From IMG/VR virus record IMGVR_UViG_3300021964_000013: DNA of 64,000 nt. One strand, given 5' to 3'. The position numbers were made by a program, and so were the translations under genes. This document shows positions 29,710 through 41,252 of the stretch, in pieces (position 1 is the first letter of the stretch; every line of letters begins with the position of its first letter). The notes under the pieces were generated by a model. It worked only from the letters and a program-made list of their open reading frames with translations. It searched no databases and was not told where the DNA came from. The stretch comes from a virus.

Positions 29710-32700
29710 ATGAAAATATTTGATCCACACATTACAGGGTCCCTCAACGTATCGGCATCTGCAAATATTCAAGGGGATTTAATCGTATCGGGAACAATTT
29801 ATGGTTCCGCACAAATTACAGGACAAGTAGAGGATGCTGTTAGTGCATCACACGCAGCATCCTACTTATTAACATCAAGTTTTGAATCATACACGGGGTC
29901 AGTAGCGATCACCGGTAGTAATACTTTCATTGGGGACCAAACAATTAGTGGATCATTGTTACCCCAAGGAACCCTAACCCATGATTTAGGTAGTGACACC
30001 CAAAGGTGGAGAGATATCTATTTGGCAGGTAACACAATTAATTTAGGTGGTACTAAAATCACCAAAAATGATGATGGCGATGTCGAAGTTAAAGATTCAT
30101 CCAATAACCTAAAAAAGATTGTCGCCTCTGAAATAGAGATTGGGTCGGGTCATTCTAAAAAAGTACTTAAGGTTGATAACGGTAAATTTAAACTCATGGA
30201 TAGTGGCGACACTAAAGATGAGGTGGCGGCGTTATCAGGATCATTTACGGGTTCCTTCGTTGGTGATGGATCTCGTTTAGTTAACGTACCTGCAAGTGCG
30301 GTTCAAGGGTTAAGTCTTAACAAAATTGCCGATGGTGCGGTCACCGCTTCTATTGGTAACGGTAAAATGACCCTTAATGCCAATTTCGAACCCGATCTAA
30401 CAGATACTCGAGATTTAGGGTCACCAACAAAACAATGGAGGGATTTATTCCTTTCTTCAGGTTCACTTTATATTAATGGACAACAGGTCCTATCTACAAC
30501 AGGTAACGAACTTAGAGTTACCACCGATGAGGGTGAATCAATTAAAATATTAGAAACAGGGTCAGATACCATTACATTACAGACTGAAAATGGGGATATA
30601 ACCCTTACTTCATCAGGTAATGGTAATATAGAATTAGACGCACCAATTCAGATAGGTGCCGGTAATAAGATATTATCGTCTGATGGTAATTCAATACAAT
30701 TCGGTAATGGATTAATAGTAACAGGAAGTATCGTACTATCAGGAACTGTAGATGGTGTAGACATTGCGGATTTGAAATCTAACGTGGATGCCATTTTGGC
30801 GGGTTCGTCAGCGGACAAAGATTCTTTCGCCGAAATCGTCTCACTCATTAATAGTGTTGATACCACTAATGATGAGGCATTTGCGTCCCACTACACATCA
30901 AGTAATAGTAGATTATCATCTTTAGAAACCACAAGTGGTTCTCACGACGGTAGGATTGATAGTCTTGAAACGTTTAGTGGTAGTATAAACACCACAATTA
31001 AATCTAAATTAGATTCTGAAAATGTAGTATCAGGTTCTGAATTCATATTAAATAGTACCACACCGATACTTCAGTATGTTGATGTCACTGTAACACAAAG
31101 TGGTGGTGTATATTATATTGATGGGGTACAACAACAAATTGTTTCATTAGCAAAAGGGTTAATATATAGATTTGATGTCTCTGATTCTTCATTATCAGGT
31201 CACCCATTTAGGTTCTCGTTACCTGATGATACACAATACACTGATGGGGTTACTGTCAATGGTACTGAAGGTTCCTCAGGGGCGTACGTTCAAATCATAG
31301 TTAATCAAGATACCCCACAAACATTACAATACTACTGTACCAATCATAATGGTATGGGTAATAAAGTTTTTGTTGGTGGTGCGGGAGATACTGACTCAAT
31401 CACAGAAGGATCAAACAATTTATACTACACAGATGGTAGGGTAAAAACAAAATTAAATACCGAAGGGGTAGTAAGTGGATCAGAACAAATAACTATCTCA
31501 GGTACCACAGGATACAGTACTTTAGATGGTAGAATTGATTCCTTGGAAACTTTCACAGGAAGTTTAGATCTAACATACGCGAGTGACCAAGACGTTTCAG
31601 ATCTTAGAGATGATTTAAATTCCTATACATCTTCTAACGATTTAACAATTGGTAATGTATCTAATGACTTAGGTAATCTTACTACAAATTTCAATACCTA
31701 TACTTCATCGAACGATATTAACATAAATTCGATACAAACCTTAAATACCACACAGAATAATAGGTTAAGTAGTATTGAAACCAAGACGGGTTCTTTATCA
31801 AATGATATCACATCACACAACATAAGATTAAATTCTTTGGAAACCGTTTCAAGTTCTCATGATGGTAGATTAGATGCGTTAGAATTAAAATCGGGATCAC
31901 TCGAAAATGAAGATACTTCACAAAATATTAGATTAGGGTCTTTAGAATCAACATCGGGTTCACACGATAGTAGGTTAGACTCCTTAGAATTAAAATCGGG
32001 ATCACTCGAAAATGAAGACACCTTACAGAATATTAGATTAGGATCTTTAGAGTCATTTACTGCGAGTATTGACAACACATATGCAACGGATAATGACGTA
32101 TCAAATCTAAGAGGTGATTTTAATACTTATACATCATCTAATGATGATGCCACCGTGATTCAAAACGATAGGATTAGTTCATTAGAAAGTACAAGTGGAT
32201 CACATAACACGAGATTAACTAATCTTGAAACCTTTGAGACCAAAGTCGATAGTGGGTTAGAATTTACAGGATCCAACGTAACAATTAAGGGTGACCTATT
32301 AGTTAAAGGGACTGAGACAAGAGTTGATTCAACAACCGTTGAGGTTAGTGATAACATAATCTCTTTAAATGGAAGTGGTGCCGTTAATGGGGGTATTGAA
32401 GTAAGAGATACCACGTCACCGGGCGTACTATCGGGTTCTTTATTATGGGACAGTAGTAATAATCATTGGATTGGTGGCACTAAAGGAAATGAGGAGAGAT
32501 TATTAACAACGACCGACTTAACTTCATTAGATAATGATATAAGTGATTTAGATGGTCGTTTAGATTCCATAGAAATTAAGACAGGGTCTTTAGACTCAAC
32601 TAACACCTCACAAAATAGTAGGTTAGCATCATTAGAATCCTTCACAGGTAGTATTGATGATACATATGCGAGTGATGAGGATGTAACGGACCTTAGAAAC

Positions 32701-35700
32701 GACTTAAATACCTATACGTCATCTAACGACACATTAAACAACACACAAACCAATAGGTTAAATGCATTAGAAACTACGAGTGGCTCACATGGTAGTAGAA
32801 TAGATAGTTTAGAAAACGCGGATTCGGATCAAGATGATAGATTACAATCTCTTGAATCTAAAACAGGGTCTTTAGATAATGATATAAGTGATTTAGATGG
32901 TCGTTTAGATTCTGTTGAATCATTTACTGCGAGTATTGATAGTACTTATGCAACTGATAGTGACGTATCAACACTAAGAGGTGATTTTAATACTTACACA
33001 TCATCTAATGACAGTGACATATCATCAATACAAACATTAAACACCACACAAAATAGTAGACTGAATAGTCTTGAATCTAAGACGGGTTCTTTAGATGGTG
33101 ATATATCTACGTTAGATGGTAGAATTGATTCGTTAGAAGTTGAGAGTGGGTCTATTAGAGGTACCTTTAATAGTTACACATCATCTAATAATACATTAAA
33201 CACCACACAAAATAGTAGATTAACATCATTAGAATCTGCAACAGGTTCTTACTTAACCGAACACCCAAACATTACACCAGCACCATCATCTAACAATAGT
33301 GGTCGAACTTATATACAGGATGTTCTTCTCGATTCAAATGGTCACGTGACAGGTTTGACGACAGGGACTGAAACTGTGGTTAACACAGATGAGTATGTAA
33401 CAGGTGCGTCGTGGAATAATAGTACTGCAGTCTTATCATTCACAAGAAATGACGGTGATACATTCAACGTAACATTATTAGACACATTAAGTGATGTTAC
33501 AGTAACGGGAGGTACCTACGACAGTGGGACACAAACATTAGAATTAATCAAAAACGACGGTTCAACGATAAGTGTTAGTGGTTTTGCTATTGATACGGAC
33601 ATTAACTATTACACCACAGGGGCAACCTTTAACAACTCAAATGGAGTTTTAACTTTAGGTATTAAAGGAACCTCCGATGTTACAGTTGATTTAGATGGAA
33701 GATATTTAACGGGTTACACAGAAACTGATCCAATATTCTCAGCATCTCCATCTGCGGGTATAACCAATACAAATATAAGTAATTGGAATACGGCATATGG
33801 TTGGGGAGATCATAGTGTAGAGGGTTACGTAAAGAATGATGAGTATACAACAGGTGCGACTTTCAACTCAGGTAATGGTATTATCACATTTACAAGAAAT
33901 GATGGTGATACGTTTACTGTTGATATTGACGGTAGATATCTAACATCATACAGTGAGACCGACACGTTAGATAGTGTTGCGGATAGAGGTAACACAACAA
34001 ACCAATCATTGAATATTGGTGAGTATATCTCAATGTCTTCGGCACAACCTAAGATTAAACTCATTGAAACCGACACAACAGATAAGAACAAAGAGATATT
34101 AGTTAGTGGTGGTGGATTATACATAAGAAACCTAAATGATGATGGTTCTGTAGGTAGTAATCTTATCAATGTTAGTAATGGAGGTAACTTAAATGTTACG
34201 GGTACTATATCCGCATCGGGTTACAACGACTCAAATTGGAACACCGCATACGGATGGGGTGATCATTCACAAGCGGGTTATCTAACCTCTTACAATAATG
34301 AATACACAACAGGGGCATCATTTAATACATCAACAGGTGTATTAACCTTCACAAGGAATGATGGTGATACGTATGATGTTGATTTAGACAACAGGTATTT
34401 ACAACTTACAGGTGGTAGTCTATCAAGTTTAAACATGAACGGTGACCTTAATATTAGATGGTCAGGTACAGATACTACGAGTTATGAATTGTTCTTCTAC
34501 AACCAAAGTTATCATGCAAAAATCTACTCTACGGGTGGTGATTTAATATTAACCAATGGTACAGGAGAGAAGATGAGAACAACATCTTCAGGTATAAGTG
34601 TAACAGGTTCAGTAACCGCAACAGGTGGTAACTCCACACAATGGAATACCGCATATGGTTGGGGCGATCACAGTGTAGAAGGATATGTAAAGAATGATGA
34701 GTATACAACAGGTGCAACATTTAATAGTGGTAATGGTGTAATTACATTTACAAGAAATGACGGTGACACGTTTAGTGTGGATCTTGATGGAAGGTACTTA
34801 ACTTCATTTAGTGAAACAGATACTTTATCGTCTGTAACCGCAAGAGGTTCCTCAACAAGTACGGCGGTCACATTTAGTGGTGGATTAACCGCAAGTGGTG
34901 GTATTAACGGACTAACGTTATCCAACGGTATTTCAGGTACCAACTTCAATATCACAGGGGTTAATCAATTAGAGATTGCCGATCCGGGTGAGGGTATTGT
35001 ATTCAAACAAGGATCTTCAGGTGATATAACACTCGCAATCGTAGATGATTCTAATGATAACATTCTAAACTTATCAGGTACGGGGGCTTCGTTCTCTATA
35101 AATGGGGCAACAGTAGCCACACAATCATGGGTTTCTTCGAGAAATTACTTAACCTCACACCCATCAATTGCGGGGTTATCGTCAAACAATAGTGGTAGAA
35201 CATACATCCAAGATATCTTAACAGATTCTAACGGACATGTGACAGGAATTACCACAGCAACCGAAACGGTAGTTAATACTGATGAGTATACAACAGGAGC
35301 AACATTTAATAGTGGTAATGGTGTAATCACATTCACAAGGAATGATGGAGATACCTACACCCTTGATATTAGTGATACTCTATCGGAGATCACAGTAACA
35401 GGTGGTACATATAACAGTGGGTCTCAAACCCTTACCCTTGTCAAATCGGACGGTAATTCAATAGATGTCTCAGGTTTCGCGGTCGATACAGATATTAACT
35501 ACTACACAACAGGAGCAACATTCAATACAGGTAATGGTATCATTACAGGAACCCGTAATGATGGTGGAACTTGGACTGTAGATTTAGATGGTAGATATCT
35601 AACAAGTTATACGGAGACAGATACTTTAGATAGTGTCGCGGATAGAGGGAATTCAACGAATCAATATCTACAGGCGTCGTATTTCCAATCAACGGGGAGT

Positions 35701-38700
35701 CAATTACTAAGAAGGTACAGTTCAGGTTGGACATATACCACACATGATATTGTTTATAATGGTTGGACCTCAAGTACAGGTGATTACACCTATTTGAAAT
35801 CTGCAGGAAATAGTAGTGGTGGTCATGGTATTATTGCCGTGGGTGACAACGGTTTTTGGATTGGTAGAACTGATTTAGAAACGGGAGCGTTAACCGATAG
35901 TTCAACTAACCCTATTGGATATACTTTACTTAGATCAGATAGTTCGGGTAATGTTACCATATCAGGGACAATTACGGCATCGGGATACAACAAATCGAAT
36001 TGGGATACAGCGTATGGTTGGGGTAATCATGCAAGTGTGGGGTATCTAACATCTCACCCAACTATTCCGGGTGTTTCGTCTAATAACAGTGGTAGAACAT
36101 ACATACAAGACGTACTTACAGATAGTAACGGTCACGTAACAGGATTAACAACTGCAACAGAAACAGTTGTCAATACCGACACTAACTACTACACAACAGG
36201 GACAACCTTTAATACGGGTAACGGTATAATTACCGGTACAAGAAATGATGGTGGTACTTGGACAGTTGACATCGACGGAAGATACTTAACTTCTTACACT
36301 GAAACTTCAACTCTATCTGATGTTGTTGGTAGAGGTAATTACTTTGGTAATTCGCAATCAGGTTTTGTAACGAATAATACGTGGGGATCTGAATTTAGAA
36401 GAATTAAAAGAGTTACATTCACAAGCGGTGGATCGAATTGGGATAGTGATAATCACGGTATCTTCTCAACGGATGCGAGTGGTAACTATAATGACTCTAT
36501 GTCTGTTAACTCATATAATGATTTAACATTCAGAGTTGATACCAACTCCAACAATAATACGAGTTATGTTAGGTTCATGCAACACTCCACAGGTGCGGGA
36601 ACTGAATGGTTCAGATCAGGATTTGATGGTGGACAATACATTAACTTATTTAGACAGGGTGGTTATGTTGCATTTGAAGGTTTAAATCTCGCAATTTCAA
36701 ACAGTAATGGTACTCATGGTTTCAATAACTACTTTAGAGGTGATAGTACACACTTAGTAATTGGTACGGGAGGTACACTTTATCTAAACTATGGACAATC
36801 CTCAGGAAGTACAAGAATATATGGTAACATTTACTTAAATGATACTATTGTCCTTAACTCGAGTAGGGTTCTTCAAAATGTAACAGGGAATATATCAATG
36901 TTCACCAATGATAGTGGGTATTTAACCACACACCCAACAATAGCGGGGGTATCATCAAACAACAGTGGTAGAACATATATACAAGACATACTCACAGATA
37001 GTAATGGACACGTAACCGGCATCACTACAGGTACTGAAACAGTGGTTAACACTGATACTAACCATTACCTTAATTCGATTAGTTGGAACTCGAGTAATGG
37101 TATTATCACACTTGGTAGACAAGGATTAAATTCATTAACTCTCGATATTGATGGTAGATACGCACAATACGGACACCAAACAACTACAAATTCTGACTTT
37201 AATAATGTAAGGACTTCAGGTATCTATACCTTAGACTATGGTGGACAGTCAAATGCGAACAGTCCTGATGGTGGTGCATGGCACGCATTATGGCACGCAA
37301 GAAGTGGTGGAACAAGACAAGCACAAATCACCATACCATATAATAACGATAATATCTACTTCAGAAGAGCACATAACTCAACCGCAGAAACATGGTATGA
37401 TTGGGTTAAGATATGGCACGAAGGTAATGATGGTGCGGGATCAGGTTTAGACTCTGACACATTAGATGGTCAACAAGGGTCTTACTACTTAGACTACAAT
37501 AACTTCACTAACAAACCGACTATTGGTAATGGTACTATGACGATCTCCGCGGGTGGAGGTATGTCAGGTGGTGGGTCATTTACAGCAAACCAAACAGGTA
37601 GTAGTAGTGTGACAATATCTCACGCAGATACTTCCTCACAAGCGTCCTCTAACAATAGTGGTAGAACATACATACAGGATGTCTTATTAGATGGTTATGG
37701 TCACGTAACAGGATTGACCACCGCAACTGAAACAGTCGTCAACACAGATACTGTAGATTATATAACAAGTGCAACATTCAATACAGGTAACGGTATTATT
37801 ACCGGTTCAGGTGTGGGTAGAGCATCATTCAGTGTTGATATTGATGGTAGATACTTACCATATGGTGGAGGTACTATCACGGGTGATCTACAGGTTAATG
37901 GACACATTAGAGGTGGAGGTCAACAACTCGTCTTAAATGCGGGTGAAACACACTTATATGCCACAGGACAAACAAATGAGTACATTTACTTAAATGCCGA
38001 ACAAGGTCTTGAGATTAACTCTGAAACAGGTAATTGGTCAGGTGGATGGGCGGCAAGAAAGACAGCATATCTAAGAGGTGACCAATTAACGTTAGATGGT
38101 GAGACACTAACCAAGACTAATATTCAAAACTTTAAGACCGCATACGGTTGGGGTGATCATGCTGTAGAGGGTTACGTAAAGAATGATGAATATGTAACGG
38201 GAGCAACTTGGAATAGTAGTAATGCAGTATTAACCTTCACAAGGAATGATGGAGATACATTCAACGTAACATTATTGAACACGTTGAGTGATGTAACTGT
38301 AACGGGTGGTACCTATAATAGCGGTAACCAAACATTAACACTAACCAAATCAGATGGTAATACTGTATCCGTATCAGGTTTCGCGATTGATACTGATGTC
38401 AATTGGTACACAACAGGGGCAACCTTTAATACAGGTAACGGTATAATTACCGGTAGAAGAAATGATGGTGGTACTTGGACGGTTGATATTGACGGTAGAT
38501 ACTTACCACTTGGTGGTGGAACACTTACAGGTACTATTTCCTTAGGTGAATTAAGAATTGGACAACATACGGTACATAGTGGGTATTGGGGTCTTTGGAA
38601 CTCTGAAGCGTCCACAAGTACAACATCACAATACATGATCATCAGTGCAGGTACTGACACTTATATAAATGGTGATAATGTATTCATTAGAGCGGGTAAT

Positions 38701-41241
38701 AATTTATCAACTAACGAACTTAAGGTAACTACAAGTGGTACATATATTGGTGGCAATAAAGTTGCCACAGAGAATTGGGTAATAAGTAACCCTACTCACC
38801 CATCGATAAGTGCGGCAAGTAGTTCTAACAACAGTGGTAGAACATACATACAAGATATATTATTAGATGGTAATGGACACGTAACCGGTATTGCTACAGG
38901 TACTGAAACTGTAACCAATACAGACACAAACTACTACACGACAAGTGCAACGTTCAATACGGGTAATGGTATAATCACAGGAACTCGTAATGATGGTGGT
39001 ACTTGGACAGTTGACATCGACGGAAGATACTTAACTTCTTACACAGAAACGGATACTTTAGCGTCAGTAACGTCAAGAGGGTCATCTACCTCATCTAACA
39101 TTTACTTGAATAACGCATCACCAACACTATACTTACAGGATACTGATAATAGATCTGCGATGATTCATGTTAACAGTAACTACTTCTACATCCTAAATGG
39201 TAGTGCTAATAACAGTACAAGTTGGGCTCAACAAGCAAACAGTAGATGGTTATTCCAAGGTGACTTAAATAATAACAATATTATATTTGGTGGCTCGGGT
39301 GACTTCGCGGGTGTTGTTACCGCATCAGGAGGTAACTCTAACAATTGGAATACCTCATACACTTACTCACAAGTTGGTCACTTACCACTTGCGGGTGGAA
39401 CGATGTCAGGTTCGATAAGTATGGGTAATAATACCATCACTAATGTTGAATCATTAACCTTCAACGATCCGGGACCAACTGAAGGTATTATATGGGCAGG
39501 TGGAAGTGGATTCAAAATTGTAGAATCACCAAACGACCTCTCAACAAATACAGGGGGTAACTTACAGTTTGCTGTTGGATCTACAAGAATATTAACTTTA
39601 GGTTCGAACGGTGAGTCAGAGTTTACTGATAAATTAACTCTAACATCTTCCACTTCAGGATCAACAATATTTGATATTCAAGGTACAAGTGGTCAGTTGT
39701 TCTCAATTACGGATGATTTAACAGGAGACTTGTTCTCAGTATCGGACGCATCAGGTGTACCAATCCTTAATGTAAACGCAAATGGTTCGGTAACACTTGA
39801 CCCGCTTGGTTCTTTATATGTTGGTGACAATAAAGTAATCAACGGTAGTGGTAACATTGTATTTGATGGGCCTGTGACCACAACAAACCAAGGTAGAGGT
39901 ATATATTGGACCGCATACGATAAAGAAGGAACAACAGACGCATCTGATACCGCACATATCCTACACACAACTAATAGTGGTGGATTGTCAGGTTCCGTTA
40001 TTGAGATTAAATCTCATAATGACGCTACGGATGGTGTTAACTTTATTGTAAATGCAACAGACAGTGGTGTTAGAATTAATGGTAGTGCCATTGCGACACA
40101 GACGTGGGTCGGTACAAACACATTAAATCAAACTGAGGGTGACGCGAGATACGCACAACTCACGGCGAGTAACAGTTTCAGTAACTCGTACAATGAATTT
40201 GGTAATAGTACGGGTAGTGTGTCTAACGATGGTAATTGGAATGCAAGGGTTAACGTCGCCGGTAGTTCTCACGCAAGACTTGACGTAAAATCAGTAAGTG
40301 ATGGTATTATCACTTCCATGTTTGCACATACAGGGCATAGTACAGGTAAGATTGGTACATACTCTAACCACTCATTGGAGTTGATGGTTAATGGAACGGG
40401 TGTCGTTACAATTGACTCTTCAGGTAATATATCAACATCAGGTACATTAAGTGCGTCAGGTTATAACAAATCAAATTGGGACGATGCACATGGATGGGGT
40501 GATCACTCAGGATTATACCTACCTATTGGTGGAGGTACAATTACAGGAGATTTAGTTGTTGGTGGTGGAGACTTAACAATTAGTAAGGACGGTAACTACT
40601 CAACAATCACATTCCCCGCACAAACTAATGACGCGGGATTCATTAGACATTATGAATCAAATAACACCGCAAGGATGGAATTCTCGGTGTCTGATGATTC
40701 AGGTACAACCGATCAATTCCACTTCGGTTACAGTGGCGATTTAGATAGATTTATTATTTACTCTAATGGTAGTTTCTTATCACGAGGTTCAGGTACCATT
40801 ACAGGTTCTCTTGGTTTACAAGGTGACTTAGATATGTCCGCAGGTACAACAGCAACACTTGCTGGTATCTCGGGTACAGACCAAACGGTGGAGAATAATT
40901 ATGGAGCATATTTACATTTAGGTGGGTGGGCCGTAGGTAGAACGGATTCAACCGCTGTCTTAGTAAACACGGCGTATAGAGCGGATTACGCAACGAGTCT
41001 GTTCGATATGAATATCAGTAGATTCACCAATGATTCGGAATATGCGTTAAGAAAATCAACAACTTTCACGAACACCGCAGCAGTATCATTTACTCACGGT
41101 ATTGGACACGATAATGTGATCGTACAAGTTTACGATGGTAATGGAGATCTGTTCTTCCCATCAAGAGTCAATGTTCAGGGTGGAGTTGTTGAAGTTAATT
41201 TTGAGGTAGCAAGATCAGGTAGATTAGTAGTAGTCGGATAA
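29710..41241 (+). CDS. Giant modular tail fibre protein (3843 aa)
   Basis: Coiled-coil RLxSLExxxGS repeats; six SNNSGRTYIQD, ten (T/R)RNDG and six A(Y/H)GWG modules; pyocin-knob-like segment followed by GSGLDSDTLDG; C-terminal H..G...VIVQVYD domain. Confidence 0.88.
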   Translation: MKIFDPHITGSLNVSASANIQGDLIVSGTIYGSAQITGQVEDAVSASHAASYLLTSSFESYTGSVAITGSNTFIGDQTISGSLLPQGTLTHDLGSDTQRWRDIYLAGNTINLGGTKITKNDDGDVEVKDSSNNLKKIVASEIEIGSGHSKKVLKVDNGKFKLMDSGDTKDEVAALSGSFTGSFVGDGSRLVNVPASAVQGLSLNKIADGAVTASIGNGKMTLNANFEPDLTDTRDLGSPTKQWRDLFLSSGSLYINGQQVLSTTGNELRVTTDEGESIKILETGSDTITLQTENGDITLTSSGNGNIELDAPIQIGAGNKILSSDGNSIQFGNGLIVTGSIVLSGTVDGVDIADLKSNVDAILAGSSADKDSFAEIVSLINSVDTTNDEAFASHYTSSNSRLSSLETTSGSHDGRIDSLETFSGSINTTIKSKLDSENVVSGSEFILNSTTPILQYVDVTVTQSGGVYYIDGVQQQIVSLAKGLIYRFDVSDSSLSGHPFRFSLPDDTQYTDGVTVNGTEGSSGAYVQIIVNQDTPQTLQYYCTNHNGMGNKVFVGGAGDTDSITEGSNNLYYTDGRVKTKLNTEGVVSGSEQITISGTTGYSTLDGRIDSLETFTGSLDLTYASDQDVSDLRDDLNSYTSSNDLTIGNVSNDLGNLTTNFNTYTSSNDININSIQTLNTTQNNRLSSIETKTGSLSNDITSHNIRLNSLETVSSSHDGRLDALELKSGSLENEDTSQNIRLGSLESTSGSHDSRLDSLELKSGSLENEDTLQNIRLGSLESFTASIDNTYATDNDVSNLRGDFNTYTSSNDDATVIQNDRISSLESTSGSHNTRLTNLETFETKVDSGLEFTGSNVTIKGDLLVKGTETRVDSTTVEVSDNIISLNGSGAVNGGIEVRDTTSPGVLSGSLLWDSSNNHWIGGTKGNEERLLTTTDLTSLDNDISDLDGRLDSIEIKTGSLDSTNTSQNSRLASLESFTGSIDDTYASDEDVTDLRNDLNTYTSSNDTLNNTQTNRLNALETTSGSHGSRIDSLENADSDQDDRLQSLESKTGSLDNDISDLDGRLDSVESFTASIDSTYATDSDVSTLRGDFNTYTSSNDSDISSIQTLNTTQNSRLNSLESKTGSLDGDISTLDGRIDSLEVESGSIRGTFNSYTSSNNTLNTTQNSRLTSLESATGSYLTEHPNITPAPSSNNSGRTYIQDVLLDSNGHVTGLTTGTETVVNTDEYVTGASWNNSTAVLSFTRNDGDTFNVTLLDTLSDVTVTGGTYDSGTQTLELIKNDGSTISVSGFAIDTDINYYTTGATFNNSNGVLTLGIKGTSDVTVDLDGRYLTGYTETDPIFSASPSAGITNTNISNWNTAYGWGDHSVEGYVKNDEYTTGATFNSGNGIITFTRNDGDTFTVDIDGRYLTSYSETDTLDSVADRGNTTNQSLNIGEYISMSSAQPKIKLIETDTTDKNKEILVSGGGLYIRNLNDDGSVGSNLINVSNGGNLNVTGTISASGYNDSNWNTAYGWGDHSQAGYLTSYNNEYTTGASFNTSTGVLTFTRNDGDTYDVDLDNRYLQLTGGSLSSLNMNGDLNIRWSGTDTTSYELFFYNQSYHAKIYSTGGDLILTNGTGEKMRTTSSGISVTGSVTATGGNSTQWNTAYGWGDHSVEGYVKNDEYTTGATFNSGNGVITFTRNDGDTFSVDLDGRYLTSFSETDTLSSVTARGSSTSTAVTFSGGLTASGGINGLTLSNGISGTNFNITGVNQLEIADPGEGIVFKQGSSGDITLAIVDDSNDNILNLSGTGASFSINGATVATQSWVSSRNYLTSHPSIAGLSSNNSGRTYIQDILTDSNGHVTGITTATETVVNTDEYTTGATFNSGNGVITFTRNDGDTYTLDISDTLSEITVTGGTYNSGSQTLTLVKSDGNSIDVSGFAVDTDINYYTTGATFNTGNGIITGTRNDGGTWTVDLDGRYLTSYTETDTLDSVADRGNSTNQYLQASYFQSTGSQLLRRYSSGWTYTTHDIVYNGWTSSTGDYTYLKSAGNSSGGHGIIAVGDNGFWIGRTDLETGALTDSSTNPIGYTLLRSDSSGNVTISGTITASGYNKSNWDTAYGWGNHASVGYLTSHPTIPGVSSNNSGRTYIQDVLTDSNGHVTGLTTATETVVNTDTNYYTTGTTFNTGNGIITGTRNDGGTWTVDIDGRYLTSYTETSTLSDVVGRGNYFGNSQSGFVTNNTWGSEFRRIKRVTFTSGGSNWDSDNHGIFSTDASGNYNDSMSVNSYNDLTFRVDTNSNNNTSYVRFMQHSTGAGTEWFRSGFDGGQYINLFRQGGYVAFEGLNLAISNSNGTHGFNNYFRGDSTHLVIGTGGTLYLNYGQSSGSTRIYGNIYLNDTIVLNSSRVLQNVTGNISMFTNDSGYLTTHPTIAGVSSNNSGRTYIQDILTDSNGHVTGITTGTETVVNTDTNHYLNSISWNSSNGIITLGRQGLNSLTLDIDGRYAQYGHQTTTNSDFNNVRTSGIYTLDYGGQSNANSPDGGAWHALWHARSGGTRQAQITIPYNNDNIYFRRAHNSTAETWYDWVKIWHEGNDGAGSGLDSDTLDGQQGSYYLDYNNFTNKPTIGNGTMTISAGGGMSGGGSFTANQTGSSSVTISHADTSSQASSNNSGRTYIQDVLLDGYGHVTGLTTATETVVNTDTVDYITSATFNTGNGIITGSGVGRASFSVDIDGRYLPYGGGTITGDLQVNGHIRGGGQQLVLNAGETHLYATGQTNEYIYLNAEQGLEINSETGNWSGGWAARKTAYLRGDQLTLDGETLTKTNIQNFKTAYGWGDHAVEGYVKNDEYVTGATWNSSNAVLTFTRNDGDTFNVTLLNTLSDVTVTGGTYNSGNQTLTLTKSDGNTVSVSGFAIDTDVNWYTTGATFNTGNGIITGRRNDGGTWTVDIDGRYLPLGGGTLTGTISLGELRIGQHTVHSGYWGLWNSEASTSTTSQYMIISAGTDTYINGDNVFIRAGNNLSTNELKVTTSGTYIGGNKVATENWVISNPTHPSISAASSSNNSGRTYIQDILLDGNGHVTGIATGTETVTNTDTNYYTTSATFNTGNGIITGTRNDGGTWTVDIDGRYLTSYTETDTLASVTSRGSSTSSNIYLNNASPTLYLQDTDNRSAMIHVNSNYFYILNGSANNSTSWAQQANSRWLFQGDLNNNNIIFGGSGDFAGVVTASGGNSNNWNTSYTYSQVGHLPLAGGTMSGSISMGNNTITNVESLTFNDPGPTEGIIWAGGSGFKIVESPNDLSTNTGGNLQFAVGSTRILTLGSNGESEFTDKLTLTSSTSGSTIFDIQGTSGQLFSITDDLTGDLFSVSDASGVPILNVNANGSVTLDPLGSLYVGDNKVINGSGNIVFDGPVTTTNQGRGIYWTAYDKEGTTDASDTAHILHTTNSGGLSGSVIEIKSHNDATDGVNFIVNATDSGVRINGSAIATQTWVGTNTLNQTEGDARYAQLTASNSFSNSYNEFGNSTGSVSNDGNWNARVNVAGSSHARLDVKSVSDGIITSMFAHTGHSTGKIGTYSNHSLELMVNGTGVVTIDSSGNISTSGTLSASGYNKSNWDDAHGWGDHSGLYLPIGGGTITGDLVVGGGDLTISKDGNYSTITFPAQTNDAGFIRHYESNNTARMEFSVSDDSGTTDQFHFGYSGDLDRFIIYSNGSFLSRGSGTITGSLGLQGDLDMSAGTTATLAGISGTDQTVENNYGAYLHLGGWAVGRTDSTAVLVNTAYRADYATSLFDMNISRFTNDSEYALRKSTTFTNTAAVSFTHGIGHDNVIVQVYDGNGDLFFPSRVNVQGGVVEVNFEVARSGRLVVVG
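31075..31380 (+). other. Cupredoxin/plastocyanin-like domain within the tail fibre
   Basis: GHPF...YYCTNHNGMG gives His/Cys/His/Met type-1 copper ligand order. Confidence 0.65.
31879..32018 (+). repeat. 35-bp exact direct repeat with 105-bp period (31879-31913, 31984-32018)
   Basis: ttagaattaaaatcgggatcactcgaaaatgaaga occurs twice. Confidence 0.9.
32527..32912 (+). repeat. 41-bp exact direct repeat (32527-32567, 32872-32912)
   Basis: ttagataatgatataagtgatttagatggtcgtttagattc occurs twice. Confidence 0.9.
36244..39044 (+). repeat. 56-bp exact direct repeat (36244-36299, 38989-39044)
   Basis: aatgatggtggtacttggacagttgacatcgacggaagatacttaacttcttacac occurs twice. Confidence 0.9.
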
Positions 41242-41252
41242 AAGGGAAATGT

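Noticed and set aside
31500..39100. Repeats as a CRISPR array
   Set aside because: They are in-frame coding repeats with irregular spacing and no repeat-spacer periodicity; no cas genes are present
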